Assembly: GCA_000165425.1 (NCBI GenBank)
Contig: CT868385.1
Span: forward strand, 186,001 to 250,000
Length of the DNA: 64,000 nucleotides
Origin: Paramecium tetraurelia
Lineage: Eukaryota
Reading direction: 5' to 3'
Positions 27,159 to 41,864 of this stretch are shown in pieces; within the stretch, counting starts at the first letter, position 1; each line of letters starts with the position of its first letter. The position numbers and the translations under genes are program-made. The notes under the pieces are model-generated. The model worked only from the letters and a program-made list of their open reading frames with translations. It did not search any database and had not been told where the DNA came from.

Positions 27159-27195
27159 TTTATATTTTTTTAATTTGGATTATTAATTGAATTTC

Positions 27196-28160
27196 ATGAC
27201 CACTAATTGGCAATAAAGCAATGTTAACTTAATTTATACTAATATAGGTACCAATAAGATTACACTTTAATGATGATGATGATCCTTTTGAAGAAGAACT
27301 AGGTATTTTTGGTTTCCAAATTTATAGATAGATTGAGATAGCAAAAAGAAATGTAACAAAAATTAAAATAACAACAAGCAGCTATTCTTGACCATAATAA
27401 AAAGGTATCTCAAAAATCAAATTAGGCTGAATAACTAAGATCATAAATTGTAAAAGATATACTACCAAAACATAAAGGGTTATAACTAGCCTACGATTAT
27501 GACGGAACCTTTATGTTAGCTAAAGATCTTACTTAAGTCAGAAGCCATTAAAGAGCACCAGAAATTCAGTAAGTATTTAATTATATATTCAGCAAAATAA
27601 CTTCTGTTGACACAGTATTTTAGCCATAGAAACCTATTTAATAAGCAGTTATAGAAAATGAAAAAGTCAAAAAAGAATAACAACGATTATCTAAATCTAA
27701 AACAAATCCTCCTTAAATTTTTGAGGCTTCCTATTAAAAACCATTTGAAGGCTTCACTCCTAATCATGGAGTTAAATTGATTTATTAGGATCAAAATTAA
27801 GAAATTGTTAAACAACAAGATATATAAAATTGGGGAGATGGGTAGAGAATGACAAAAAAATAATTTGAAGCTCTTAAAAATGAAGGTTTTAAACCTTCAA
27901 CTTACTCTATGAAATAGTAAATGCTTCAAAAGATCAATTCTGACATTATGGAACTCCAAGAACCCAAAAATACTCCAATTATAGGGTAATCGTTTAACTA
28001 AATTAATGAATTAAAAATCTCATAGTCCTATACAAATTTAAAGTAACTACCTTAGCAACAACAAACTATACATCAACTACCCTAAACTGCTTAAAATAGA
28101 AAGTAAAATAGTAAAATTAATGTTGTTGATAAATATTTACTTGATCAATTACTTTCATGA
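27196..28160 (+). CDS. Hypothetical Q/K-rich protein
   Basis: Multi-exon open frame with YDYDG, FTPNHGVKL and RMTKKQF segments; ends DQLLS*; function not recognised. Confidence 0.55.
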
Positions 28161-28395
28161 TTCACTAATATAATATCATTAATATATATTGAAGAATGTT
28201 TTTTTTCTCTAAATTACATTGTAAGCAGTTAGAACACTACTCACTCACTCTATTTTATTTAATAACTTAAAAATTTTTCTTATTGAAAAATAGTAATGGT
28301 TCAAATTTTCGATTCATTCCCAAATCCATTTAAAAATACATAAAATGGAAATTTGATTACATTAATCATAAAAAATGAACTATGAGTAAAAATAA

Positions 28396-29039
28396 TCATT
28401 CGTTTAAATTGCTTAAAAGACTTTCAAAGTTTGAACAAGTAAGACATTCAGAATTGTCGAGATTATTCTATGCTTCGATATTCTCAATAAATATGGATGA
28501 AATATTGCTGTTATCAGATTCTGAATCCTAAATTATTTCTTAATAAATACTGAGCTCATATAGTCAAATTCTAAAGGACTTACAACAGTCTTTAATTATC
28601 TTCTTCTTGCCCCACCTGATATTATAGAGAACGATAAATACTAAAATAGGCAGTTTCTACTTCAGAATCTTAATCATAGTCAAAAAAGGATTTAATCTTT
28701 ATCATTTTTAAAGGACTTGAGTCAAATGTAAATAGCACAGTCTAGGATTAATACCACACTTAAACTACTCTATTTTCAGTTGATTCCCAAATTATATTGT
28801 CAGCTTCTACAATAGCTGCTTTAAATTTAATCAGTTAGTCTTTGATATTGTTGATACTTACTTAATTCGAAATCCGCTATTAAAGTCCCTATCCACAGTG
28901 GATAAATATCACCATTAGTATCAAGTTTAATCCCTTATTTTGGATTCCATTTTCCCATAGATTATTAATCACCAACAATATATACTTATTGTTTAAATTG
29001 CGTTTGACATCTCACTTTAAAGTAAATTTAAATCGACAT
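28396..29039 (-). CDS. CBM20 starch/glycogen-binding domain protein
   Basis: MSIQIYFKVRCQTQFKQQVYIVGDQQSMGKWNPKQGIKLDTNGDIYPLWIG…IKFKAAIV…IIWESTENR is a classic CBM20 pattern. The 3' end is uncertain and could stop near 28560. Confidence 0.7.
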
Positions 29040-29817
29040 ATTGATCAATTTTGAGTCAGAAGATAAGATTAATAATTTATATTAGGATTCTACTTTATTA
29101 AATTAAGTCTTGATTTTATTAAGTTATATTCTTATGTTTAAGAAAAAATTCTGAGATTAAAGCTGAAGTGTATGTTTTTCTGAGAATTTCCAGATAAACA
29201 CCAAGTTATTGTGTTTGATAAGAACATTATAGAGGCATAAATACATCAAACGTTTAGTATCAGAAAATATTTATAAATTCAATATAATGCTGATTGGAAA
29301 TGGAAAAAAGTAAATAAGAAAAAAATATCAAACAGTAGTTTAATTATAACCCTTCTGAACCTTTTTATATACATTTTTCTTTGTAAGAAATTATTTTAAA
29401 TGGCAATTAGAATTATTCATTCGTTTTCAATTCTTTATAAATCAATTGTGATAATAAGTGAAATTTACCATTTAAACTCCATGAATTCAACTTAAAGGAT
29501 ATAGGAATGATCTTCAGATACAACATAAGTTTAAAGAAAAAATGAAATTTTTCAAAGAATTAATATTGCTTTGCAAAAACTATCAGAATCAGTTATTCTT
29601 TGGTTTAGATTATCATTTCATATTATTAAGATGAATGGAATATAATGATATTAGGATATGTATTCCAATATTATTTGCATTATAAATTTTCTTATGAATT
29701 CTTATAATTAATTAATTGCTTTTTTGTGTTTTGTAAATATGCTTTGTTAAATTCAAATTTGATTTATAAGTCAATTATCTAAGTATCAAATCATTAATTA
29801 AATAAATCAACTAATAA

Positions 29818-30267
<450 letters not shown>

Positions 30268-30398
30268 TTATTATATCATAATTATTAAGATATTTATCTA
30301 AATGAACAACACTTAAATAAATATAAATTAAAGAACGTACTTATATTTAAATAAATCTCGAAATTTTCTAATTACTATTATTTTTATTTTTTATACTT

Positions 30399-31717
30399 AT
30401 GTCAAACAATACATAGACATCATATGGATTTCACAACATAAAGTATTGGAGTAATAAACACTACGAGTTTTGTTCTAAGATAAAGGATCGTATCTTTATA
30501 GCTGAAGATATAAAACACAATAATAGAAAAATTGTTATTAAGTAAATCACTAATTAGTCTAAAAAATATAGAGAGGTAATTGCAAAATATTATTAGAACC
30601 AAAGAGAGAGAAATAAATAACCAAGGATCTAATTAATTTATATAAAATTAATCACTATAATCCTCACATCATTGAATATTATGACTTGTTTGATGAGAAT
30701 GATAGTACTTTCATTGTGATGTAAAATTGTGAATCTAATCTATCTACATTATATTAGAAGACAGTCACCTCATTTTAAGTAAAGAATTATCAATTTTATT
30801 GTAATGTTCTTGATATAATTCGATAAATCATAGAAGGATATCAATTTTTGTATTATTAATTTGGATCCAATTTTTAACATAGAGATCTAAAACCTGAAAA
30901 TATTTTATTTGTTGATAATCAATACAAAATTTGTGACTTTGAGTTTTACAAAATTTCTTATGAAAATCCAACCAAAGAAATTGGCACTCAAAACTTTTAA
31001 GCTCCTGAATTGTATGGAGATAATAACTACGATAATAAATGCGATATATACTCTTTAGGAATAATATTATTATGGCTACTGACTGGTTAATATTCGAAAG
31101 ATAAAATTTCTGGATTAAATTCTAATTTTTAAGAATTATTAAAGATTATGTTGGAAGATAACCCTAAAACAAGAATAAGTTGGAACTAGCTTTTCAAACA
31201 TCCAGTATATGTTAAAGAACCAAAAGATTTTTTAAATACAGAGAAAGTTAATAACACTTCACTTACACTTTATGATTTGTCTTAAATAATTTAGTTAGCT
31301 GATTTAGATAGCACTCAATCAAGTTTTACTTAAAAAACCAATACATCTTTTATTTAATAAAATAATTGCTTACAGGAATTGGAACTAAATAAATTAATTA
31401 GTGACACATTCAAAAATGTGAATGAGAATAATATGGAACTTTCTAGAATCTTATTCGCACTATGGGTAAAAATCTATGACAAAAAAATCCTTTAAGAAAA
31501 TGATGAAATTAGGAGAAAGGAATATCATAGACTGAAAGTAAACATTTAAAATTAGTAATTGATTCGCATAAATAATTAAGTTGATTATAGAATTGAATTT
31601 TTAACAATTTAGGAATTATGTCAACAATTATTTTATCATCTTGAACATTTTAAGAGCGATGAAGATTTGATAAAAAGATTGAAAGCCTTCCTAGAAAAAG
31701 AAATGAATTTAAGGTGA
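30399..31717 (+). CDS. Divergent Ser/Thr kinase-like protein (possible pseudokinase or pseudogene)
   Basis: [17 protein letters not shown] instead of DFG, GTQNFQAPE, DIYSLG; no Gly-rich loop; a frame change is needed near 30540-30610. Confidence 0.6.
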
Positions 31718-31777
31718 ATTCTGGTTAGTGTATTGAATGATATTTTGGCATATGTTGTTTATAAAAATGAATTACAA

Positions 31778-32349
31778 TCATCTCTTTGAGAAATCTCCCC
31801 AACTATATCCATATTTCTACATGTGTTTGAGATATTTTTTAAAAGTTATGATTATAACTAAAATGAAATAGCTAAATAAAAAAGGCCAATAAACAGGAAG
31901 ATCAAATATTTAAAAGAATGTTGCAAAATTCGACAGGATCAGGGCAAAAATAATTTATTCCCATAATGAAATTTCAGGCATCGATCTAATTAGAGGTCTA
32001 TCATCATTATGTTGTGGGAGTTAGACTTAATTGAATATCAAAAAGAATTACTATTGACATCTTCATCTTCATCTTCTATATCTGGAAGTCCTAATGGCGT
32101 AAAATATCTCAACAAGGATTAAATTATTTGAATTCCCAACATATAGGATACAACAAAATAACTTTGTGTTTCAATAAGTCTATTAAAATAGACAAGGAGG
32201 AAAAAAGCACAAAGAAACCATCTTTTTCCTGGGTGCAAAATCAACCTAAAAATTGGAGAATCAAAATATTACTTATCTATGATCCTTCTGTACTTCATTG
32301 AGTATTTGTGATACAATCTTGTGTATAGAGGATCAACGTCAGAGTTCAT
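31778..32349 (-). CDS. RER1: Rer1 ER-retrieval receptor
   Basis: …KRWFL…YFVVSYMLGIQIIQSLLRYFTP…RPLIRSMPEISLW…IFDLPVYWPFLFSYF…KHMQKYGY. Confidence 0.88.
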
Positions 32350-32692
32350 TTTAAAATATTTAATTATAATTTATTTGAGAATTTTATAAAGAAATTGAAA
32401 AAGGTGTGATTGTAGATTATTAAATAACAATTTTCACATCCTAATAACATTATTGAAAAGTTTTCAAAGAACTTGCAATCTTTAAAGAAACCAGAATATT
32501 AAATCATAAATATTTTGTGGCTTAGTTGTATTAATTTAATATATCAGAAGTTGATTTATTTAGTATAAACTCTATTTAAAATTAAATTATCTATAAAAAT
32601 ATATCAATAAACTAATAATTGTGAACTGACCGAAATTTTTGCCTAATTTTAGAATTTATGAGTATTATATTAAATATATATATAAATTTTAA

Positions 32693-35135
32693 ATGGGAAA
32701 TTGTTTAGAATTGTTTCCTCACCTTAAAAATATGAATTAAATACAAAATCATGAAGGAAAGATATTTTTCATAACATTGCTTATGGATACCAAAAAAAGA
32801 ATATTAGTCTTAAGATCAAAGGCCTGGAATGAAAGCCATAAATTTGTTTAAATAGAAGTAAAACTTAGAGGTAGATAATATAACTGAGTAAATTAAGAAA
32901 GGAGGAACAATGTTGAAATAGGATTCTAAACATGCAGATGTTATCTGAGGTTAGGATGATGATATTATAAAAAGATTATTTTGTGGAAAATGTAGAAAGA
33001 ATAGAAAAGGATAAAGTTATTTTAAATGCTTTGAGTTAACATTACTTTTTTGCACATTTTAGTGATTAATATAAGTACAAATTATATGATGAGACAAGAG
33101 AAGACAGTGCCTTTTTATTGTTGATTAAGGAATTTATGATATCATAATAAATGGGGATGGAAAAAAGTAACTTTCTACTGGAGAAGGCTTTGGGGAATTA
33201 ACATTATTTTATGGAGCACCTCATTCTGCTTCTATTAAAACTAAAGATGGTTTTTTTTGCATTATATGAGAGTGTTTCTTTGGTGTATTGATGGAGGCAC
33301 TTTTAGAGCGGCTGTGGAAAAGAATATGATGATAATAGAAAGTTTATTGATCCGATCAAATTTTTTGAATAGATGAGACAATATGATTGGAAGAATATGA
33401 TAGCAGCTCTATTAGAACTCAGCTAGAGGAGCTTCTATTTTGCAGTAGACGAAAATGTTTGTTGTTTAACCATAAGAAGGGAAACAAAATATAGGCGATA
33501 ATGAAGAATAACCTATTTAGATGGAGCTTTGAAAAAAAAACAATAATTGTGTAAATTAAGTAAAATTCAAATCGAAAAGATTATGAATAAGATTTAGACA
33601 GTCAATTATTAGGCAAATTAAAAGATCTATACTACAGATTAGAAATGTGATAAATTGGTTATAGTTTTAGAAGGAAATCTCTGCAATGTAAGAATATTAA
33701 ATATTGAAAATTAAGAAGGAAAAAGAGATAGCTACCAAAGAATAAATTGTCAGGGATCAGTTTTTACCAAAAAAGAATAGTGTAAAGTTAGTCCCTTATG
33801 ATATATTTAAAAGGAAGGTTGCAGAAATATTGTACACTTTTATATAATTAATAGTATAACAATTTTCAATAGTATATTGTATTTCCAATCAAAAAGTAAT
33901 CTCTATTTTCTTTTCAAAAGTAGGATACCATTTGATGTATTTTTCGAATACGTGGAGGAGAAATAGATTAAGCAATTTAGAAGAATGAAAATAATCTTGA
34001 AGTGAAATATATGTAGAAATAAATATCAAAATAATAAGTTGATTATTTAGTCTTGGATGACATGATTCATATAAAAAAGTTAGGACAGGATAATTTGGCT
34101 CAGTATACCTGTGTAAAAATTAAAAGGATGGAAAATTATATGCTCTAAAATGCATCATTAAAAACTAAATAGAAGAATAACATTTAGAAAGTCATTTAAC
34201 ATAAGGAAAACCTATTCTTGAACAAATTTAAATTCCTTTGATGACGTGATACTAATAAAATGAAAGATGATAATTTTATAGAGACTTTATTTTTGAATAC
34301 ATAAAAGGTTTGGAATTTTTTGATGTGATAAGAGATATAGAACCACTTAATACCTACGATTCCTAATTATATGTTTCTTTTTTACTCCACTTGGAGTATC
34401 TACATACTCACCACATTGTTTACAGAGATATTAAACCACAAAATATATTGGTAGATCATCATGGATATATTCGATTGATTGAAATGGGGACTGCAAAAAT
34501 TTTAAAAGGGAAAGCTCGAACATTTACTATAATAGGAACTCCTCATAATATGGCTTCTGAAATTTTAATTGGAAAAGGTATTATTAGAGTAATGCATTAA
34601 GGTTATTCCTATTCGGTAGATTTATGGAGCATAAGAATATGTCTATATGAATTTATGTGTGGAGTTCCTTTTTCGGAGGATGCAGAAGTTCCATATGAAA
34701 TATATGAAGAAATTACAAAAAAACAAATTTCTTACCTTATCATCTAAAAGATCAATAGCTAAAAAATTTATTGATTAACTATTTAATAAGACTTCAGAAA
34801 TTCGTTTACGTGGGAGTTACGCAGCTTTGAAAGTAAATTCTTGGTTTGATGGATTGGACTTGGTATTATGCTAACATTAACATTTAATATGATAAATTAA
34901 TGGATAAAAAATTAAGCTTCCATATTTTCCTCCTAAAGATAAATTAATTGGAGAAAAAGAAATTGCATTGTAAATAGATAGTATTTTGCTTTAACTATTG
35001 AGAAACAAAATAAAAGCATTTAGAGAGAAATTTAAAAAAATAAAATTTTGAATTTCAAAGTAGGATCTTGGAGAGAAAAACTCATATAAATAAGAATTAG
35101 CCAAGAATCCTAATAGGGATGAGAAATATAATTGA
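32693..35135 (+). pseudogene. cGMP-dependent protein kinase (PKG) pseudogene
   Basis: MGNC N-terminus, cNMP-binding GFGELTLFYGAPHSAS, kinase RDIKPQN and RTFTIIGTP. It carries multiple frameshifts and deletions, an in-frame TGA near 34247, GxG changed to GQD, DMG to EMG and APE to ASE. Confidence 0.8.
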
Positions 35136-35263
35136 TGATTAATTATTCGTTATTATAATTTATGATTTATTATTGATAGCATTACGTCATGGGAGAGCGT
35201 TAAATTATGTCATTAGGATTGGATTAATAAACAATTTATGAAATCTAAATAAAATAAAATTCA

Positions 35264-36199
35264 ATGAAATCGGCAGTGATTCTACTTATATGCTTGTTGA
35301 GTGCTTTTTCTTTATTGAATAAAGAAACAAATGATAGTTTTACTGAATTTTAGAGATGGAAAATTGAATATGGAAAATCTTATTCAGGGCAGCAAGAAGT
35401 CTTTCGATTCTTTAATTTTTAAATTAATCGAAATAAAGTAAATAAACATAATTCTGATCCAAATAAAACTTATTTTATGAAAATGAACTAGTTCAGTGAT
35501 TTATCTCAAGAAGAATTTTCATTGATTTATCTAACTCATGATAATGCAGAAGAGGTTATGGAATAAAACTTAATTATTGATGAATTATAAAAAACATAAG
35601 AGAATGATAAAACAATCAATTCAGTTGATTGGAGAAAGATTACATAGGTTAAAGATTAAGGTTAATGCTCTGGATGCTGGGCTTTTGGAGCTGTAGGAGC
35701 AGCAGAAGCTTGGTTTTATGTTAAAAATAAAACAACGGTTTTATTATCAGAATAGTAATTGATTGATTGCGATACTCAGTCGTTTGGATGCAATGGAGGT
35801 TATTAGAACCTTGCCTTAAAGTATATTGCTAATCATGGATTGAATGATGCTAGAGTATACCCATATACATAGAAATAATCTGCATATTGCAAATACGAAT
35901 CAGGACCTTATAAAACAAATGGAGCCTAAGGTGTTAGTTCTAATAATTTCAAATCTTATCTAACTGAATATCCTTTGGTTGTAGTTGTTGATGCAACAAA
36001 TTGGTAGTTTTATGGGGGAGGTGTCTTTAAAGATTGCAATAGATCTGTAAATCATGCTGTCCTAGCTGTTGGATTTGATGAAAATGATAATTGGTATGTC
36101 AAAAATTCATGGGGCATTTCTTGGGGTGAAAAAGGATTTATTACTCTTGCCCCCGGAAACACTTGTGGCATAACTTCTTATGCGTACAGAGCAATCTGA
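35264..36199 (+). CDS. Cathepsin L-like papain-family cysteine protease
   Basis: Signal peptide, I29 propeptide (NQFSDLSQEEF), VDWR, QGQCSGCWAF, NHAVLAVG, KNSWG; intronless, 311 aa. Confidence 0.95.
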
Positions 36200-36259
36200 T
36201 ATTTATTTATAATTAATAAACTTATAATAGTAATGATATTGAAATAATCTTTTTTGAAT

Positions 36260-37167
36260 AAATAATGGTAAGTTCTCAAACTTTATTTCTTTTTCTCCCA
36301 TTTGTATTCAAAATTATTCAAAATTTTAGATTCAATAAATTATTTTATTGAGATTACTTGTTTTTCAATCTTCATTTTCCTTTTGTATCAAATTACTTAG
36401 TATATGATTGTATTTTCACTTTGTTTAAATGATTTTCTTCAATTTCCAAAGTTGCAATATTCTATTTTTCAAAGCAAATTCTGAACACAAGCAATTTTCA
36501 GAAACACTAATACATTTTTTCCTTCACAATTTCATATTTTAAAATACTTCCCAGTTATTGCCTCTCGAGATTGGCCTTAATTTAAATCTGAATCACAATT
36601 TGAGGAGCCAAACTTGAGATTTCATTCGGCATATCTGTTTATTTGACATATTGAGTTGTAAAATCAATCTTCTGTGGATTATAATATTCAGATTTGATAA
36701 TACAGTTTACTGTTTAATAATTTTAATATCCAGATATACGTAAAGTATCTTTATGCAAAAAAAATATCCTCTTTTTATTAGTCATTCCACAACATATGAT
36801 TGAATTGGTTTCATCTAAATTTAATCTGTATTATATATCCTTATAATTTAAAAATTTAACATTCTTATATGCTATAATTATATTTTTATTAACTCTTGTG
36901 AACAACTCTTTAGCTGGTTTGCTGGAGGTATATTCTATTACGATTAATAAATCTTATAAATTTCTTCCTAATTCTACATTTTTCTTAAATTATTTCATAA
37001 TTTTGCTTGAAATTTAAGTGAGTAGTATATTTCTTGAATGACAGGTTATCAAAATAATAATCTTAAGTTAATTCAAAATATTAATATTGTTCAAGAAATT
37101 AGGGTAATTTATTTTATGGTTTACTCTATTATAAGTCAGTTCCTGTAATATTATATTACTTATTCAT
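36260..37167 (-). CDS. Hypothetical protein
   Basis: Long TGA-free frame from ATG 37167 (about 220 codons); 3' end unresolved; no motif. Confidence 0.35.
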
Positions 37168-37193
37168 AATTTAAATTATTTATAATAATATTA

Positions 37194-38719
37194 ATGTAAG
37201 GATTAATTCCTTTGGACTTTGGAGAATAGTCAGATAGATTGGATGGCATTAGTTCAATAAGCAATAATTCTAGTGTAATGTAAATATATTGAAGTATTTA
37301 AAGGGCACCTCATGGAAATGAATTTTCTTTTTAAGGTAACATTTAAGCCTCAATGCCTTAGATTAATCGAACAATTAAGAATTGGTATTAAGTTGTAGTT
37401 AATTTAGTATTGCGTTTAATATGAATGAATAATACACTACTTTAGGAATCTAAGAGGTTAAGGAAAATAAATTAAATTTAAAGGAGTCTTACGTGAAGAT
37501 TACAGTAATCAAAAATATGGTTGGGCTAGAGAGTAACCAGAAAAAGGAATATTATATAAATAATAAAGGGTAATAATTAAAATGAATATAAGATTAGTAG
37601 ACACCAAGAAAAATACAAACTAGTAAGATATTATGATAGGTCGTTAAGAGAAATTTGAATTACAAGGATAAAGCATTTACCCAAATGATATTGGTATCTC
37701 ATTTATTTTTAGATTAGTTCTTACTGAATAAGAACGACTGATATCACGCATCCATTGCAAGCTTATTTGTAAAAACTTCTTTAGAAAAGAATCATACATT
37801 AACCCATTTTATAAAAAAATTTTGGGCTTTTTAAAAAATAGATTACCACATTTTGTGTTGATCAAAATTGAAAAGTTTCTAGAGTATTATATAATATTTC
37901 TATTTTTAGAGATCCGAATGAATGTTATGTGTAAGACGTGGGAAGCGTTTTTGGAACATATATTAGAGTAGATAAGGAATATTAGAAGTTAAGGAAAAGT
38001 CATCAATATAGTATTGGAACTGACACAACCTTTTAAATTTAAGATTATCATATTTTAGATAAAAATTTAAAATTTCCTGATGAAAATTTTGATTATATGA
38101 TAGATTAAATAAGGAATAACTCATTTAAATGCAATATTCATGGATTTGCATTTGAATAAAAATAATATGAATCATAACCCACATAATAATAAATAGAAAA
38201 ATCACCTATGGAAATTGCATGTATTCTTCAAAATTTGAAGCAATATAATGTCCCATTCATTTAGCTAATTTTTTCTGGTTCAGGATTGTAAGGACTTTAA
38301 GGATGCTACCTTCATTATTTGTTTGCAAAGGAATATAATGGTGAATTTTCTATTGGAAGATGTAGTGAAAATAGTATAAGAATAAATTCCAATACTATTT
38401 CAAGAAAATAAACAAGAATTAGGTTTAATGAAAGGTATTTTGATTTCTTATTTGTATTAAGGGAAAACAAATGGCAAATTGCCGATGGTTCATAAGATAG
38501 GGAATCAGCTAATGGAACTTGGTTACAATTATCAACAATTGACGAGAGAGATTAAAAGGTAGAGTCTCAACCTCATCCGTTGAAACATTTATCAGAAATA
38601 AAAATTAATGATTATATATTGAAAGTAGAATTATTTGAATCCAGGTATGTTTTTAAGATATCACTTTAAGAAAATAAAAGAAAAGTAATAACAAGCAATG
38701 TTAATAAGACTTCAAATGA
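37194..38719 (+). CDS. Tandem FHA-domain protein
   Basis: FHA1: IMIGR…ISRIHCKL…VQDVGSVFGTYI; FHA2: FSIGRCSENSIRINSNTISRKQ…IADGS…SANGTW. Confidence 0.8.
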
Positions 38720-38832
38720 TGTCCATTTTATATTTTGATTTTTATTATTACCAACCTTTGAATTTATATTACATCTATTTAATTATACTTCATTTATTTC
38801 ATATCTGTAGTGAAATATAATTAACTTAAATA

Positions 38833-39436
38833 ATGGAATTTTTTGAGGATGTAACAACTTAGGCTGTTTCTTCTGATGTCCCTTAAGTTGATTAAAGTCA
38901 AATTTAATAGGGTTAAGTATGAGATATGCCATATAATAGTATGATGTATTTAGTGCTTTTTCAAATGAAGCACCTGTTTAATCCTTATCATCAGTTGTCT
39001 ATATGGTACTTTATCATACAAAAATAGAGTCCAGAATAATAGATTAGAAAGGATAAATTGAAAATAATTGAGGAGGAAAGGCTTGCTTAGATAAGAGAAA
39101 AGGATTAACAGGAAAGATTGTTGAAATAATAAAAACAATAGAAAGGGCGAGAGTATTTGCAATAATTCAAAAGGTAATTTGAAAAATTACTCCAAATAGT
39201 TAATTAGAAACAGATATATAATAAAGAAAAGTTTAAAATAAGTAGAAATAAGAGATTTGGTTTGAAAATAAGAAGAATCATAGTTAGTATGTAAGACAGT
39301 GATCCTATATTAGAAAAATTCATGGGACTAAATTGCATCCAATATAGCTTTAAAGGATGGTGAGTACCCTGGATAAAAGGATGTGACAAAGATGAGATAA
39401 GCAATTCTTAATAAGAGAATCGATTTGACAAAGTGA
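38833..39436 (+). CDS. Clathrin light chain
   Basis: Acidic N-terminus, central EEERLAQIREKDQQE…GREYLQQF…RKVQNK helix, C-terminal NSWDQIASNI…KDVTKMRQAILN; 4 tiny introns. Confidence 0.75.
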
Positions 39437-41864
39437 AGCCCAAGATTTATAACATCAATATATATTTATTATGCTTATTCTTTTTTAACGAAGTTTTTCT
39501 ATATGAAATCTTGATAGAGTGGATGAGGGGGGAATTTAGATAATTTGTAAATTATTAGTATTTATAAATTAACATTATATCAAAGCATCATAATAGTAGA
39601 GTTATAGAAATTTCGGAATAATAATATAATATCTAAAGAATGGTCTTAGATTATAAATTATAAAATTATCAGATGAAAATAAAAATTACAAAAAATTAAT
39701 AGGAATGGTTAATAGTATATAAGCTGGTTATATTCAAATAGAATACTCTTCGATACAAAAATATTTCTTAAAGCATTTTGAGAACAATTTTTTAACCAGA
39801 AAAATATCAATAATTTCGAAGGATTTTAAATAATTTAAATATTAAACATAGAATTCCTTCCCTTAAAACAATTCAGTTTTATTAGAAAAATGGAAAAAAG
39901 AAGAGATCAAGAAATTATTTTAATTAATATGCAGTTCCATTACATAGAATTATAAATATATCTTTATTATTATTAATATTCGACCCTGACAGGAGAAGAG
40001 AAAACGAATCTCATAAACCAAACCAATTTATCCCATCTAACCTCTTTTAGCATTTTCTCTATATTTGCTTCCTCCATCTTTTGTTTCTTGTATAACTCGT
40101 TATTTTTCTATTAAATGTATTAACATTTTAATTTAAATGATCTTTAATTAAATGCTTATATGTAGATCTTTGTGCATATTTTAGATTTCATCTTTATTGA
40201 TGAATGTTGTTTTGAAAATCTTTCAAAATCTTCTGATAAATAATTGCATGTATTAGTTTCATTCAAAGAAATAACTCGAGCAATTTAAAACTCTAAATGT
40301 TTAATTGCTGCATTATGAGAGGAATACTTTTTGTATTATTAACCGTTTTCTGGTTGAAGTTCTTCGATAAGTCTAAATATATAATAATGATTAACTTTGG
40401 TTTTGATAGTTGTGGTATCTATAAATCTTTATATTACTTGTACAAATTTTTTTATATTACAACATCTTAGTTTAATGCTATCGACATATGTTTCGATGGA
40501 TTAAGAGAAAGCTAGTTTATTCTTTCTTAAGAATTCCCTAAAAGTTTATATATTAAATTCATTTAATAATATATCAAATCACAGATGATGTGCCTCTTCT
40601 TAATGAACAATAGATGAAACTTTAATAATGTTTCTATTATTATTTTAGACAATAATAATTCAATTATTCAAATAAATTTAGTTAATTAATGATGATGATA
40701 AATGCATCATATCTAATTAATTCTGAAATTAAGAGAAGTTCTAGATGGATAGATTATTTTGCAAAATTTAAAATTGTTAAAATCCACCTTCCAATAACTT
40801 TGTCCATTCATTGATATGCCATAAAATTGATTACATTTCAATTTGATAAAATACATATTTATGGCATTTTCATATCTAAAATTAATTCTTAGATTACTTC
40901 AAAATATTACGATAGGATAACAGATTGGAAATTTATCTTAAGAAAGTAAAATATTATATTCAGACAAAAATACCAATATTCTTACAACTTAATGAAACAA
41001 TAAAATTCCAATAGAGATTAATTTAACCCTCGTAAATATTGGGATTTAAGTTATTTATAAATGGTTTTAAAAATTGTCATAATTTTAGTTTATAGATAAG
41101 CCTTTTGTAGTAAATGAAGAATTTTGGCATTTAAGTGTAATTTCATTTTTATTAATAGCAAGCACTTGCATAAAGAAGTTATTAAATGGAGATTAATTGT
41201 GAAATAAATTATGCAACTTATAAACACGAAAAACTTTGGTAACAATGATAAGCATTTATATTAGGATTATATTTTTTGGTGAAAAAAGAAGATTTTCTTT
41301 TTCACAATGCAATTAATATCAATTTACATGTATCCAAATAATTAAACTTAATTTGAAATGAAAAATTCTTATTGTGAAATAGAATCCTTCTATTTTCACA
41401 ATATAAATGACATCGGTATAAATGAATTATATTAATTCAAAAAATTGCATATTTGATTTACATTACATTAAATTTATATTACATTATTAAGCCAATTCGA
41501 ATTAACTTTGATTTTGGCTATAGAAGAATTGATGAACTTTGATTGTGAAATAAGGTGATCTATAGATTTTGATAAAATTTAGGGAAGTATAGAGAGATAT
41601 TTGATATAGATATCAGGTATTTGAAATATAGATTTATTTCAATGATGATTATAGTTTTATATAATTTAATTAAGATTGTCTGTGTTGTTATTCGTTATAT
41701 AATTTGAAAAGGATGGTTGTATGAACCAATAAATCTTAAATTTATATCATATAAGTCAAGTAGAAATTGTAACATTATATTGTATTAAAAAGGCGCCAAC
41801 ATAAATTGGTAAAAGAGTGAGATTGAGAACAAATATAATAATAATTTTAAATCTTAATTTGTGA

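Noticed and set aside
35660..35690. CSGCW instead of CGSCW in cathepsin L as a sign of inactivity
   Set aside because: The oxyanion Gln and catalytic Cys, His and Asn are all present, so it is a minor variant.
40685..40730. Box C (ATGATGA) and box D (CTGA)-like motifs suggesting a snoRNA
   Set aside because: The boxes are too close together, there is no evident guide sequence, and such motifs are common by chance in AT-rich DNA.
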